Origin: a virus
Taxonomy: Duplodnaviria; Caudoviricetes
Strand: one strand, 5' to 3'
IMG/VR virus record: IMGVR_UViG_3300044477_000047
Location: 1 to 39,081 of that record
Length of the DNA: 39,081 nt
Positions 18,823-27,633 of the stretch are shown one piece after another. The translations under genes were made by a program, and so were the position numbers. The notes beneath the pieces are model-generated. The model was not told the DNA's origin, searched no databases, and worked only from the letters and a program-made list of their open reading frames with translations. Every line of letters starts with the position of its first letter. Positions within the stretch are counted from its first letter, which is position 1.

Positions 18823-20525
18823 CGGTTCTGATCCTTCACTTTCCCCCGGTCAACACCGCGTGCAGACATCGGGTTGTTTTGAACTTCCATTTCATGCTCT
18901 TGGTCATGCTTTCTCTGTTCTGTTTCCTTCCGGACTTCTTCATAGTTGTAATCCCTTATCCGGAGTTCGGTAGCCATATTTGTGCAAAGCTGTTCGTCTG
19001 TCAGAGCGCCCTGCTGATAAGCAATAACAAGATCCTTGATTTTTGCGCTGCGCTCATCGAGTTGGAGTTCAGGCATCGTGATTTTGTGACCGACGTTCTT
19101 AAATCCCCTGGACTCCTTCCAAACTTCAACCTTCTTGTGTGCAATCGGAATGAAGAACTCTTGTCTTCGCTTAAGTTTCTTTCCGACCGGTTCTGTCGTG
19201 ATGACCGCGCTTGCCCGTGCTGGACTTGATCCACCTTCTGAGATTATCCCGAAATATGTGATTGGAACACCGAACACGATTGCAACCAAGGACATCAGCG
19301 CGTCAAACGTCTTATCAGCTCCACTACCAATACCGGATGGAGTGACGGCCTTGAGTTCAACCTTCTTGTTGTGCGCGAAAGTCGCACCGGGTTCCATCTG
19401 ATGCAGTGCCTTAGCTGCCGCAGCATTGTTAACGTCTGTTGAATCACCGTCAACAGTAACATCCCAGACCATCTTTGCTTCTGTGTAGGCACGCAGAGCC
19501 TTCACGTGTACATAGTCGCGTAGTTGCTTCAACTCGTGCATTGCCGAGAAAAGATCAGATCGGCCACGCTTCTCGTTTGATACAACATTCAACTTCCGGT
19601 GCATGATCTGGTCGGCTGGGACTTGCTCGATGATGAACTTGCCACCGGGTATCTCATCCCGTGCAAACATTTGATACTGGGTAGGGAATTGAAAATGGTA
19701 GAAGTGAACCCAGTCCACGTCTTCAGGTTTCGTCACGATCTCAAGGCAGGTAGATGGATCACGTGTCCGGAGTATCGTGTCACCGGACTGCATTACTGAC
19801 TTTTGGTACATGAGTTCACCGAACGTCGTTGCTTCGTCGCACTCCATCCTGAACCTGTTTTGCCAGTCGGTCCTGTTGCAGTAGTCTTCCCACTCCGATT
19901 GAACCTTCTCATCATCGAATGTGACACGTATCCCATCTCCAAGGACAAAGTTAGTTATGAGTTCGATGTAGAACTTTGCAAGACCGTTGTGATTCTTTAG
20001 CCACCAGCAATATGCGTGCATGGCGAGATAGTCATACAGGTAAAGTTGCTTGGACCACGGCCCACCCATTAGTTGAATATAGTCATGCCCTATCGCACCG
20101 GTACCTATCGAAGATGACCATGAATCGCCTGTGTCAAATCCTGATTCTTTTATTGCAATGTCATAATCATCTTTCGCCTTGCGAACAGACTCGATGACTT
20201 GTTTTGTCCCGCGGTATTCCTTTGTGCGGTACTTGAGTTTTCCGTTTTGGAACCTCTTGCATTCAACCAACTGAGCATAGATGTCGAACGCGTCTGGTGA
20301 TTTGATTACTGATTTCATGAACTTTTCAACTGGATGCTCTGAAAGCTCAGAGAGCACGAACGGGTCTTTCACGTCACTCATTGATATTTCTGTGTCGTGC
20401 GTCTCACCTGGTTGTGATGAAACTGTGATTCTTCCTGGTTTGTCCGAGTCTCCATCCTCATGAACAGCGTATTTTTCCTTTTTTACAAACAGGGCTTTGA
20501 TCAGATTCCAACGCGATTTAGCCAT
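18819..20525 (-). CDS. Portal protein
   Basis: 568 aa. Motifs TFGELM, NEKRGRSDL and FGVPITYFG; position in the head module. Confidence 0.85.
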   Translation of the reverse strand: MAKSRWNLIKALFVKKEKYAVHEDGDSDKPGRITVSSQPGETHDTEISMSDVKDPFVLSELSEHPVEKFMKSVIKSPDAFDIYAQLVECKRFQNGKLKYRTKEYRGTKQVIESVRKAKDDYDIAIKESGFDTGDSWSSSIGTGAIGHDYIQLMGGPWSKQLYLYDYLAMHAYCWWLKNHNGLAKFYIELITNFVLGDGIRVTFDDEKVQSEWEDYCNRTDWQNRFRMECDEATTFGELMYQKSVMQSGDTILRTRDPSTCLEIVTKPEDVDWVHFYHFQFPTQYQMFARDEIPGGKFIIEQVPADQIMHRKLNVVSNEKRGRSDLFSAMHELKQLRDYVHVKALRAYTEAKMVWDVTVDGDSTDVNNAAAAKALHQMEPGATFAHNKKVELKAVTPSGIGSGADKTFDALMSLVAIVFGVPITYFGIISEGGSSPARASAVITTEPVGKKLKRRQEFFIPIAHKKVEVWKESRGFKNVGHKITMPELQLDERSAKIKDLVIAYQQGALTDEQLCTNMATELRIRDYNYEEVRKETEQRKHDQEHEMEVQNNPMSARGVDRGKVKDQNR

Positions 20526-21565
20526 TCTTCAAACCCTCCAAGTTCGATTTCACCACCAGCATCTTCAACTGCCTGGCCAAACATTTCGTCAATTTCCTTT
20601 GAAACCGGCGTAAGATCACACCTGCAATTGAAGTGTAAAGGGGGTGGTGTTTCATCTTTGAATTTACGCTTGATCTTTGTCATCGTCAAACCATGACGCG
20701 GAAGACAGCATTCTTCGCAAGTCTTTGAGTCGATGACAGCCACCCACTCATAGTCGTCAATCGAATATCCAAGGTTTTCAGCGGCGTTGATCTTCCCAGA
20801 CCTGACGGCCTGCATGACGGCGGTACGGATGTCGCGCTCTACCTCGAATCCTCGCTGTCCGCCTGTTGTCCACATTCTGGGACGCCGGTTGTTCCACTGG
20901 TTGACCTGCCTCATCTCATCAACGAGTGAATCGATTTCATCCTGATCCATGACACCGATCATCGGATTGTCGTTGTTGTCGAAAAACGATACCTGTTTAC
21001 CGGCTTCTCGACTCTTTCGCTTCATGTTTCCGAACAGGGTGTTGACTCTGGATATGGCCGAACCTACATCAATCTCGTTCATTCCGGAGTTTATTATCTC
21101 ATCACGGATTTTCGCGATCATCTTGTACAGGGAAACGTAGACGCGCTGTGCGGCCCCTGCTCCGAACTTCTCTTGACTCCACGTCTTCGATACGTCGCCT
21201 ATCGACTCTGATTTATGCTGTTCTTCACCCATAGTCGAATAGAAGTAGCTCTCTCCTAAGTATCCGATGCAATAAAGACGCTTCTGCATCTGTTCGCACC
21301 TTTTCAACACTCTGGTAGCGGCCTCAATCATTATTTGTTCAATTCTTCTTGTCGGACTTTCAATATGGACGGAAACGGTTCCGAGATCAATCCTATCGAG
21401 ATTCACAAGGAAGTCTGTGACTGTGCTGATCACCATGATCCGTGCTGTTTCAACATCATCATATATTCGGTTTCGATAGTACCTATAGAACTTGTCTGCA
21501 AGTTCTCCGGACTGACGATTTACTTCCCTGTAAATCGCCGACGGCTTCCTGTGTTTACTCGGCAT
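20501..21565 (-). CDS. Head morphogenesis protein (Mu gpF / SPP1 gp7-like)
   Basis: Motif WVAVIDSKTCEEC...PPPLHFNCRC. Start reassigned to ATG 21565. Confidence 0.85.
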   Translation of the reverse strand: MPSKHRKPSAIYREVNRQSGELADKFYRYYRNRIYDDVETARIMVISTVTDFLVNLDRIDLGTVSVHIESPTRRIEQIMIEAATRVLKRCEQMQKRLYCIGYLGESYFYSTMGEEQHKSESIGDVSKTWSQEKFGAGAAQRVYVSLYKMIAKIRDEIINSGMNEIDVGSAISRVNTLFGNMKRKSREAGKQVSFFDNNDNPMIGVMDQDEIDSLVDEMRQVNQWNNRRPRMWTTGGQRGFEVERDIRTAVMQAVRSGKINAAENLGYSIDDYEWVAVIDSKTCEECCLPRHGLTMTKIKRKFKDETPPPLHFNCRCDLTPVSKEIDEMFGQAVEDAGGEIELGGFEEWLNRVGI

Positions 21566-21884
21566 AACGATCACCTGGTTGCCTCTTCCAATCAATTCCG
21601 TTGTATCGGGTGTAATAGTGAAGAACGTGAACAGGGATTCCAACTCGCCTAGCAACATCTACTGCTGTCATCCCAGTCTGCCACAGCCTCCTTATCTCTT
21701 CGATGTCCACCTTGTATTTTGACGTGATTGTTTTCGGAATCGTGACGCTATGGGACAACATACAACCGCGTTGATTGCTTTCAGGAAGGCACTTGAACAC
21801 CCGTCCGCATCCTTTCACCCTGCATGTTCTTGTGATCATCTTTCTCAACAGTGCGTTGTACTGTTCTTTTTCTTCTTTGTCCAC
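21555..21884 (-). CDS. Putative Zn-binding plus HTH DNA-binding protein
   Basis: CRVKGC..C..C followed by GMTAVDVARRVGIPVHVL. Confidence 0.6.
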   Translation of the reverse strand: MDKEEKEQYNALLRKMITRTCRVKGCGRVFKCLPESNQRGCMLSHSVTIPKTITSKYKVDIEEIRRLWQTGMTAVDVARRVGIPVHVLHYYTRYNGIDWKRQPGDRYAE

Positions 21885-21930
21885 GTTCCCCCCTGTGTGT
21901 GTGAATCGTATCCGTGAAAAAGACGTTATG

Positions 21931-23331
21931 TCAATCGGCTATTATGACGCCACCACCGTGTTTTCTTCTCCAGCGAATAAACTGTGTGGCGGCATCAACG
22001 GTGTCGTTCGTCGGGAAGTTTGGAAAGCAAGCGTGTTCTTCTACGACATCCTTTGTCCATAACTTGATTGAAGGGTCTGGAAAAAACACGTTCCCGGCAT
22101 TATAGTCCGTGCTAGCGGATTCGGCGCGTGCCTCTTTCGAACCATCCGGCTCAATCGGTATGATTCCCCGCAACTCTTCTGAGAGGTCGTCGATGATTGC
22201 CGGACCGTTTGCCTTGTCTTCAATAAGGATTGCAGAATATCCTGCATACGAATATGCCATTTGACGGATTGCCTCTCGTGTCTGAACGTAACCCATTCGC
22301 TCCCTGGTCATGTCAATGAAATAAGAGTCAGGACCACGAATCCCCCAAACCTCAATTGCGACGAATGATGACTCCTCTTTTTTCTTGAATGAGCAATCAA
22401 CGGATATAACAACATCATCAAAACAAGGAAGGACAGTCCAATACTTGAACCATTCCCGTTTGAATGTTCCACCTGTTGGAGGAACCGGATTCTGCTGATA
22501 CAGCGACTCGAAGTTTGCCGGATTCATCACGGCCTTTCGTTCAAGAAGAAAGTCAATCGGCTTCAACTCAGGGAAAAGTGCGTCACCTGTTTTCCTGTAT
22601 TCGTCGTCTTCAGTTGCGATTGCGGGGAATGAAAGAACTTTGACACCGAACTTCCTTGCGATAAGTCGACCGATTGGGTCGTCAATGTGCCAACGTGTCA
22701 GGATGCAAAGCAGTCCGGCATCATCAGAAAACCGAGTCAGAAAATCGTCTGTCAGCCAATCCCAGGAACTGTCGCGAACGGTCTGACTGTTCGCCTCTGC
22801 CCTTCCCTTTATTGGATCGTCAATGATCCCAAGGTCTATTGTTTCACCTGTGATGGAGCCTCGAACTGTTGTGTTCCTGAAATAACCATGATGATTTACG
22901 AACTCAATGATTTCTCTGTTCCTAAGAAACTGATTCGATAGTGTCACAGAGTTGGATTGATTTATTCTCGTTTCCGGAAAGATTTTTGAGTACTTTTGTG
23001 AGTCAAACATTCTCTGTAGACGAAGATTCGCACGCACCCCAAGGCGATCAGAAAATGACGCATATATGGTTCTAAGGTCTGGGTTATGTCCGACTGCCCA
23101 TGAAATGAAGTCAACTATCGTTTCTGTCTTTCCGTGCTGAGGTGGACTCTGGATGACCAACTTTGGCCTAAGACCTGAAACAAGGTCATCATGGAAACTT
23201 TGAAGCTCATGTGCAACGCGGCGCTGAAACCAACCGCGCTTCATCTTCGGATTCATGAATTGCCGATATGACCAGAACGACTCCCGGCTTTGCTCAATCG
23301 CCCTTTTCTCGATCAGGTCCGCGCTATTCAT
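21931..23331 (-). CDS. terL: Terminase large subunit
   Basis: Walker A SPPQHGKT, Walker B LGIIDDP, TRWH, IEDKANG and nuclease motif DTVDAATQ. Confidence 0.95.
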   Translation of the reverse strand: MNSADLIEKRAIEQSRESFWSYRQFMNPKMKRGWFQRRVAHELQSFHDDLVSGLRPKLVIQSPPQHGKTETIVDFISWAVGHNPDLRTIYASFSDRLGVRANLRLQRMFDSQKYSKIFPETRINQSNSVTLSNQFLRNREIIEFVNHHGYFRNTTVRGSITGETIDLGIIDDPIKGRAEANSQTVRDSSWDWLTDDFLTRFSDDAGLLCILTRWHIDDPIGRLIARKFGVKVLSFPAIATEDDEYRKTGDALFPELKPIDFLLERKAVMNPANFESLYQQNPVPPTGGTFKREWFKYWTVLPCFDDVVISVDCSFKKKEESSFVAIEVWGIRGPDSYFIDMTRERMGYVQTREAIRQMAYSYAGYSAILIEDKANGPAIIDDLSEELRGIIPIEPDGSKEARAESASTDYNAGNVFFPDPSIKLWTKDVVEEHACFPNFPTNDTVDAATQFIRWRRKHGGGVIIAD

Positions 23332-23771
23332 TTCTCAAGTATATCAGTCGGAAGCCCGCGATTCTTCAATTCTTCGATCAGTCTATCTCCGGTTAACTCT
23401 TCAACCTGGACGGAAACAGGGTTTTTCTTGTCTCCGGAGTGGATAACACGGAAGTTCTTCACTCCTTCAAGTTCGTTCAATTCCTTGTTTGCGATGTTAG
23501 CAGATCGGCGATCCTTTGCAGTAAGACATCGATGATAAAGCCTAGTGGTTCTCTCAATCGCTTTGTTCAATCGCTTCTCATACGACCCGCGCTCCATGTG
23601 TTCAAGCTTGTCATTGCAGTGCTCGATGTATGTGTCAACTTGGCGTTCTGCAATTCCATAGTGCTCTGCGCAATACTGCATTATATCGCTCCGGCTATAC
23701 CCATCAACGAGCATCCCGAAAATGTGGGCTATCCTCTGCCTTACGACTATGCGCGTTGATTTCTTCCCCAT
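23328..23771 (-). CDS. terS: Terminase small subunit (HTH type)
   Basis: ATGA-coupled to terL. N-terminal HTH YGIAERQVDTYI. Confidence 0.75.
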   Translation of the reverse strand: MGKKSTRIVVRQRIAHIFGMLVDGYSRSDIMQYCAEHYGIAERQVDTYIEHCNDKLEHMERGSYEKRLNKAIERTTRLYHRCLTAKDRRSANIANKELNELEGVKNFRVIHSGDKKNPVSVQVEELTGDRLIEELKNRGLPTDILEK

Positions 23772-23783
23772 GATTCTATCCTA

Positions 23784-23951
23784 TCACGTTGCGCTAGGTG
23801 TCATTAACTTTTTGTTTCCGTTTTCATCAACACGATAGACGTCACTCTTTCCGGATAGCACTCGATATCGATCGATAAGGTCTCCTTGAAGACCAGAAAG
23901 GTTTTCAACCGGGATGTTGACTAGACGCACAACTCTGTTTTTGAATTCCAT
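23784..23951 (-). CDS. Small hypothetical protein (55 aa, below the track cutoff)
   Basis: MEFKNRVVRLVNIPVENLSGLQGDLIDRYRVLSGKSDVYRVDENGNKKLMTPSAT fills the gap before terS. RBS is weak. Confidence 0.45.
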   Translation of the reverse strand: MEFKNRVVRLVNIPVENLSGLQGDLIDRYRVLSGKSDVYRVDENGNKKLMTPSAT

Positions 23952-23977
23952 GTTGAAACGCTACCGCCATGCGATTT

Positions 23978-24016
23978 AAAAAACAAGACCCCTGAAAGCC
24001 TATTCTCTCAGGGGTC
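23978..24016 (-). terminator. Intrinsic terminator after the fibre-like gene
   Basis: GACCCCTGAGAG/CTTTCAGGGGTC stem plus TTGTTTTTT. Confidence 0.8.
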
Positions 24017-24062
24017 CAATCGCGTTATGTGTGGATGCCCAGAACGAAATGCGTTACGCGAT

Positions 24063-25760
24063 TTATTTAGTCACCCATCCGTAAACGTCTGAAGAGTCCT
24101 TAAGACACACCTGGAAGATGTCAGCCACCCCGGTACCTCCATGAATCACCCACTGCATACCGCGTGTTGTTGCCGAGCACGTCGGTTGTGCCCCGGTTGT
24201 TCCGATTACGACCCCAGAAACAGCTGAAACCTTCCCGCTTACGGAGACGTCACCGGATACCTCAAGTGCATTCGTCAATGCCGTTGATCCTGTTCCAATT
24301 CCGACATGACCCGTCTCGTCAATTCTCATGCGCTCGTTTGAAGCAAGAGTGCCGCCGGTATGAAAGCGGATCTGCTTCGCTGCCGCCGTTCCAACGGTCA
24401 AATGCGTTGACTGGCTGTAAAGATACGCGTCCAAAGCCCCGGAAATGGTCCACGCTGCGTCGCTGAACCCACTGCCGTTGATACCAAGGTCGACGTAGTT
24501 CGTCGTGTCTGTTCCCGTGTCAGCCGTTGCCACCCAGTCGCTTGATGCACTTGACCCCGTGCTAAGGTTCTGAATGTTGTTCTGAAGAAAACCATTAACC
24601 GTGTCATATGAGTTGATTTTTACATTGCTTAGCGTCGAAGGTGTTCCGGTACCACCCATTGTCATCCGCTTGGGATTGGTTGTCGTGATTTTCAATTCAG
24701 TGAGCGCCGATAGATTGGACGTAGAACTCCAATACGCAAGTCCGTACAGACCTCCACCACCGGATGGTTTGTTGTTGAACTGGTTCCAGTTTGTAGAGGA
24801 AAGAAGTCCGGTATTAGATGCGTCTGCCGTTGCAATGTTGACTGTAACGTTTGGACCGATTGTCGAATTCGCCCCGTTTGCTATCGTTACACCGGTTGTC
24901 GTCGTGCTTATTCCACCGGATGTTGACGCCGAGAGTACACCGGAAGAGTCAGACATAACGACTCCGGCACCCATCGATGTATCAATCGACCCGGTTGAGC
25001 GGCTAACCTCGAAGGTCTTCGCAAAGGAATCGTTGGCAAGGTATAGGCTTGTCGAGTCAACTTTGAAAATATATTCGGAAACACCTGATATTGCGTTCCA
25101 AAGTCCAAACCGCATGGGCTTGATTCTGGCGAACCCATAATTAGTGTTGTCCATCACGCCGTTCGAGTTCTTTCCGTAGGTTACGAATCCCTCAGACGAA
25201 ATGTTTCCAGTCGCGTCCCCGTCTGCTTGTAAGGATCCAAGACGTAGAATGCTGTCTGTTCCGTAGTTCCAAACCTGACTTCGAGAATAAGCGTCAAGCG
25301 TACCTAGCTTGATCGTAGATACTGAATCCTGTTTCGCCTGAACAGTGGAGTTCGATGCTACGGCAGAATCAAACCACGAAAGATCCCCTTTCACAATCGA
25401 CCGAAAAGAAGGCTCTGCTGATGTTGCTCCTGATCCATCTGGTCCAGAAAGAAACGTGTTCAACGCCTGGCTGTTGGCCGTAATGTCTATGACTCCGTTT
25501 GCGGTCAACGGCGAATTTGACACAGTGAACCATGCCGGCATAGATACCCCTGCGCTCGTCAACCCTCCCTCAGATCCTCTCAATGGAACAAGGTTTCCCA
25601 ATCCATCCGTTCCCATTGCAACGAATACCGGGTAAACCTTCCCTGCATTGTCGTAAAACGATGTTGAACTAAAGCTGTTTGAATACCCTGTTACACGGAT
25701 GTCATCAGCGGCAAAGCATATGGACGCGATCATAACAAACAACAGAATCAGATATTGCAT
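24063..25760 (-). CDS. Secreted-type trimeric fibre/adhesin-like protein
   Basis: GGAGG RBS and ATG at 25760. Signal peptide MQYLILLFVMIASICFA. Fibre motifs ERMRIDETGHVGIGT and LEVSG. Ser/Thr/Gly-rich. Confidence 0.75.
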   Translation of the reverse strand: MQYLILLFVMIASICFAADDIRVTGYSNSFSSTSFYDNAGKVYPVFVAMGTDGLGNLVPLRGSEGGLTSAGVSMPAWFTVSNSPLTANGVIDITANSQALNTFLSGPDGSGATSAEPSFRSIVKGDLSWFDSAVASNSTVQAKQDSVSTIKLGTLDAYSRSQVWNYGTDSILRLGSLQADGDATGNISSEGFVTYGKNSNGVMDNTNYGFARIKPMRFGLWNAISGVSEYIFKVDSTSLYLANDSFAKTFEVSRSTGSIDTSMGAGVVMSDSSGVLSASTSGGISTTTTGVTIANGANSTIGPNVTVNIATADASNTGLLSSTNWNQFNNKPSGGGGLYGLAYWSSTSNLSALTELKITTTNPKRMTMGGTGTPSTLSNVKINSYDTVNGFLQNNIQNLSTGSSASSDWVATADTGTDTTNYVDLGINGSGFSDAAWTISGALDAYLYSQSTHLTVGTAAAKQIRFHTGGTLASNERMRIDETGHVGIGTGSTALTNALEVSGDVSVSGKVSAVSGVVIGTTGAQPTCSATTRGMQWVIHGGTGVADIFQVCLKDSSDVYGWVTK

Positions 25761-25794
25761 TTTGTCCTCCTGGTACGAGTTGATATCAAACATC

Positions 25795-25885
25795 AAAAAA
25801 ACTCAACCCCGGAAGGACAATTCCTCCCGGGGCCGTTCGGGGTGCTTCTAATCCATTATTATTTACGCACCGGTTTCGTTGAGTC
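25795..25885 (-). promoter_or_regulatory. Structured leader / terminator upstream of the fibre gene
   Basis: ACTCAAC...GTTGAGT outer stem encloses GGTGC/GCACC and CCCCGGGAGGA/TCCTTCCGGGG hairpins, followed by a T run. Confidence 0.55.
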
Positions 25886-25908
25886 AGATTATTGTTTCCC
25901 CGAATTTT

Positions 25909-26112
25909 TCAACCACAAGATAAACAGTTTTCCTTGTCTGCAATTGTCAGGCTTTTTATCTTTCCACTACAGTCTTCATTTCGGATTATACCAGCGATCT
26001 CGTTAGAGCTTTCGTCTTCGCCCTCTGCTTGGCACGTTGCCATTCTAACGTCAATGTTTCCTGCCTTCTTGTACAGGCGTTCGAGCTTCCCAATCAGACT
26101 TTTTATTTTCAT
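25909..26112 (-). CDS. Hypothetical protein (MKIKSLIGKLE...)
   Basis: AGGTGG RBS and ATG at 26112. The longer track ORF is repeat read-through. Confidence 0.6.
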   Translation of the reverse strand: MKIKSLIGKLERLYKKAGNIDVRMATCQAEGEDESSNEIAGIIRNEDCSGKIKSLTIADKENCLSCG

Positions 26113-26129
26113 ATTTCCACCTTTTTGTT

Positions 26130-26426
26130 TTAGCCGGAGCCGAAGCCGTGGCCGAAGCCGTGGCCGGAGCCGTGGCCGAAGCCGTCGCCGGAGCCGTGGC
26201 CGAAGCCGTGGCCGAAGCCGTGGCCGAAGCCGTCGCCGAAGCCGTGGCCGAAGCCGTGGCCGAAGCCGTGGCCGGAGCCGTGGCCGAAGCCGTCGCCGAA
26301 GCCGTGGCCGAAGCCGGAGCCGGAGCCGAAGCCGTGGCCGGAGCCGTGGCCGAAGCCGTGGCCGGAGCCGGAGCCGTGGCCGGAGCCGGAGCCGTGGCCG
26401 GAGCCGGAGCCTCTTACTTCGTCCAT
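26130..26426 (-). CDS. Gly-rich repeat protein (G-S/F-G-H/D)n
   Basis: ATG lies within the 3' end of the DUF6948-like gene. GxGx repeat frame. Confidence 0.55.
   Translation of the reverse strand: MDEVRGSGSGHGSGSGHGSGSGHGFGHGSGHGFGSGSGFGHGFGDGFGHGSGHGFGHGFGHGFGDGFGHGFGHGFGHGSGDGFGHGSGHGFGHGFGSG
26132..26411. repeat. Tandem 6/12-bp repeat (GGC-NNC)n
   Basis: Minus-strand units GGCTCC, GGCTTC, GGCCAC and GGCGAC. Confidence 0.95.
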
Positions 26427-26764
26427 ACAGGAACACCATCGATTGATTTTTTTGCGTCCTCAGTCACGTCAAGAATCTCGATAACTTCGAGAAGTTCTAC
26501 GCGGTCTACCTCACATGGAAAAAGGCACTCATTAGGCTTGCTCGTTCCCCGTGTAGCAAGCTCAGACAAAGACGCTGCTCCATACCATGTATGGAGTCGC
26601 CGAGCGTTACGCATAACGACCTCTCGCCCGTTTCTTGATTCAATATAACCGGCGAAGACTCCCGCCGAGTATGTCCGGACAATCTGATATTTTTTCCCGT
26701 CGCTGTTAATGTGTACTGAAGACTCCAGAACATACTTTTTCCCGTCGATAATTACTTCTTTCAT
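26414..26764 (-). CDS. DUF6948-like small beta protein
   Basis: Pattern [27 protein letters not shown]. Confidence 0.7.
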   Translation of the reverse strand: MKEVIIDGKKYVLESSVHINSDGKKYQIVRTYSAGVFAGYIESRNGREVVMRNARRLHTWYGAASLSELATRGTSKPNECLFPCEVDRVELLEVIEILDVTEDAKKSIDGVPVWTK

Positions 26765-26782
26765 TTGTCCTCCAGAAAAATT

Positions 26783-26844
26783 GTGCGGCTACTCTCCCCG
26801 CCTGTCACGCCTACCTGACGTTTGGCCCACGGAGCTACCATGGG
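26783..26844 (-). ncRNA. Candidate small structured RNA in the leader of 26764
   Basis: Hairpins CCCAUGG/CCGUGGG, GUCA/UGAC and GCGG/CCGC packed into ~60 nt. Confidence 0.35.
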
Positions 26845-26858
26845 ATCTCGTTTACTTA

Positions 26859-27116
26859 TTACCCGCAAGCCGAAAAACCGCAATGACACTGAACACATCC
26901 CGCCTCATGCTGGAGTTTCACCACTTCACCATTTGCAAGACAATCTGGGCAGTATGTCAGATTCCTGGTAGTTCTCTTTCCCAAGTTAAACTCCTGCACC
27001 TCGATCTGGGCTTCAATCTCTTTATTCAGTTTATCCATTTTAAACTCCCATTTCAGAATTACCAAAGAACATATCGACAACGCAAGCGCGCATGTGCTTA
27101 TGATTATTGCGGTCAT
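26859..27116 (-). CDS. Membrane-anchored Zn-ribbon protein
   Basis: N-terminal hydrophobic segment. C-terminal CPDC...HEAGCVQCHCGFSACG. Confidence 0.6.
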   Translation of the reverse strand: MTAIIISTCALALSICSLVILKWEFKMDKLNKEIEAQIEVQEFNLGKRTTRNLTYCPDCLANGEVVKLQHEAGCVQCHCGFSACG

Positions 27117-27187
27117 TGTTGCACCTTCCTCAAAGGGCATGTTTTCGGACGATCATACTTCTCTACAGTAGCAGCGTGAATACTCAT
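27113..27187 (-). CDS. 24-aa minigene (MSIHAATVEKYDRPKTCPLRKVQQ)
   Basis: ATGA overlaps with neighbouring genes at both ends. Confidence 0.5.
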   Translation of the reverse strand: MSIHAATVEKYDRPKTCPLRKVQQ

Positions 27188-27438
27188 TCCACATCATCCT
27201 TCTCTTCAGCTACCATCCTACCAACCGAAATTGCCAACTCCCTGTCCGTATCATTCGAGCAGCAATTAATATTCGGATTTGCTAGGTGGTCTTTCAAGCT
27301 GTATTCCAACGGCCGCTTCCCCATCCACCAAAGCACCGCTGCCTTTGTTACCTTTTTTAGTCGTTTGATTTCCGCGTCCTTCTCCTGGCACGTCTGACAA
27401 AAATGCGTCGTCCCACAGCATGTTTTAGATTGAGTCAT
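27184..27438 (-). CDS. Hypothetical protein
   Basis: ATGA-coupled; GGAGG RBS. Confidence 0.6.
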   Translation of the reverse strand: MTQSKTCCGTTHFCQTCQEKDAEIKRLKKVTKAAVLWWMGKRPLEYSLKDHLANPNINCCSNDTDRELAISVGRMVAEEKDDVE

Positions 27439-27626
27439 CTGTCCTCCAAATCAAGTTCGATTTCGTGTTCTCGGAACACGCCAAGCAAAAATTCGCGATC
27501 CAAGTTTGGATCTTTGTCAAGCCACCTAGCCAACAAGTTGATCTTGCAAAGAAGGGCAACGGAAATATTGGGGTCGATGATTCCTGTCATCAGCCGTATT
27601 GTTCTCACTGGCGTTAATTTTGTCAT
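27435..27626 (-). CDS. Hypothetical protein
   Basis: Fits the minus-strand operon tiling. Confidence 0.5.
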   Translation of the reverse strand: MTKLTPVRTIRLMTGIIDPNISVALLCKINLLARWLDKDPNLDREFLLGVFREHEIELDLEDR

Positions 27627-27633
27627 ATCATTC

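Noticed and set aside
23956-23971. Sigma54-like late promoter TGGCGGTAGCGTTTCA
   Set aside because: The -12 GC is not matched and I found no second convincing copy.
25892-26648. Plus-strand RSRG and AVAE repeat ORFs
   Set aside because: Shadows of the GGC-NNC repeat, opposite to the genome-wide coding strand.
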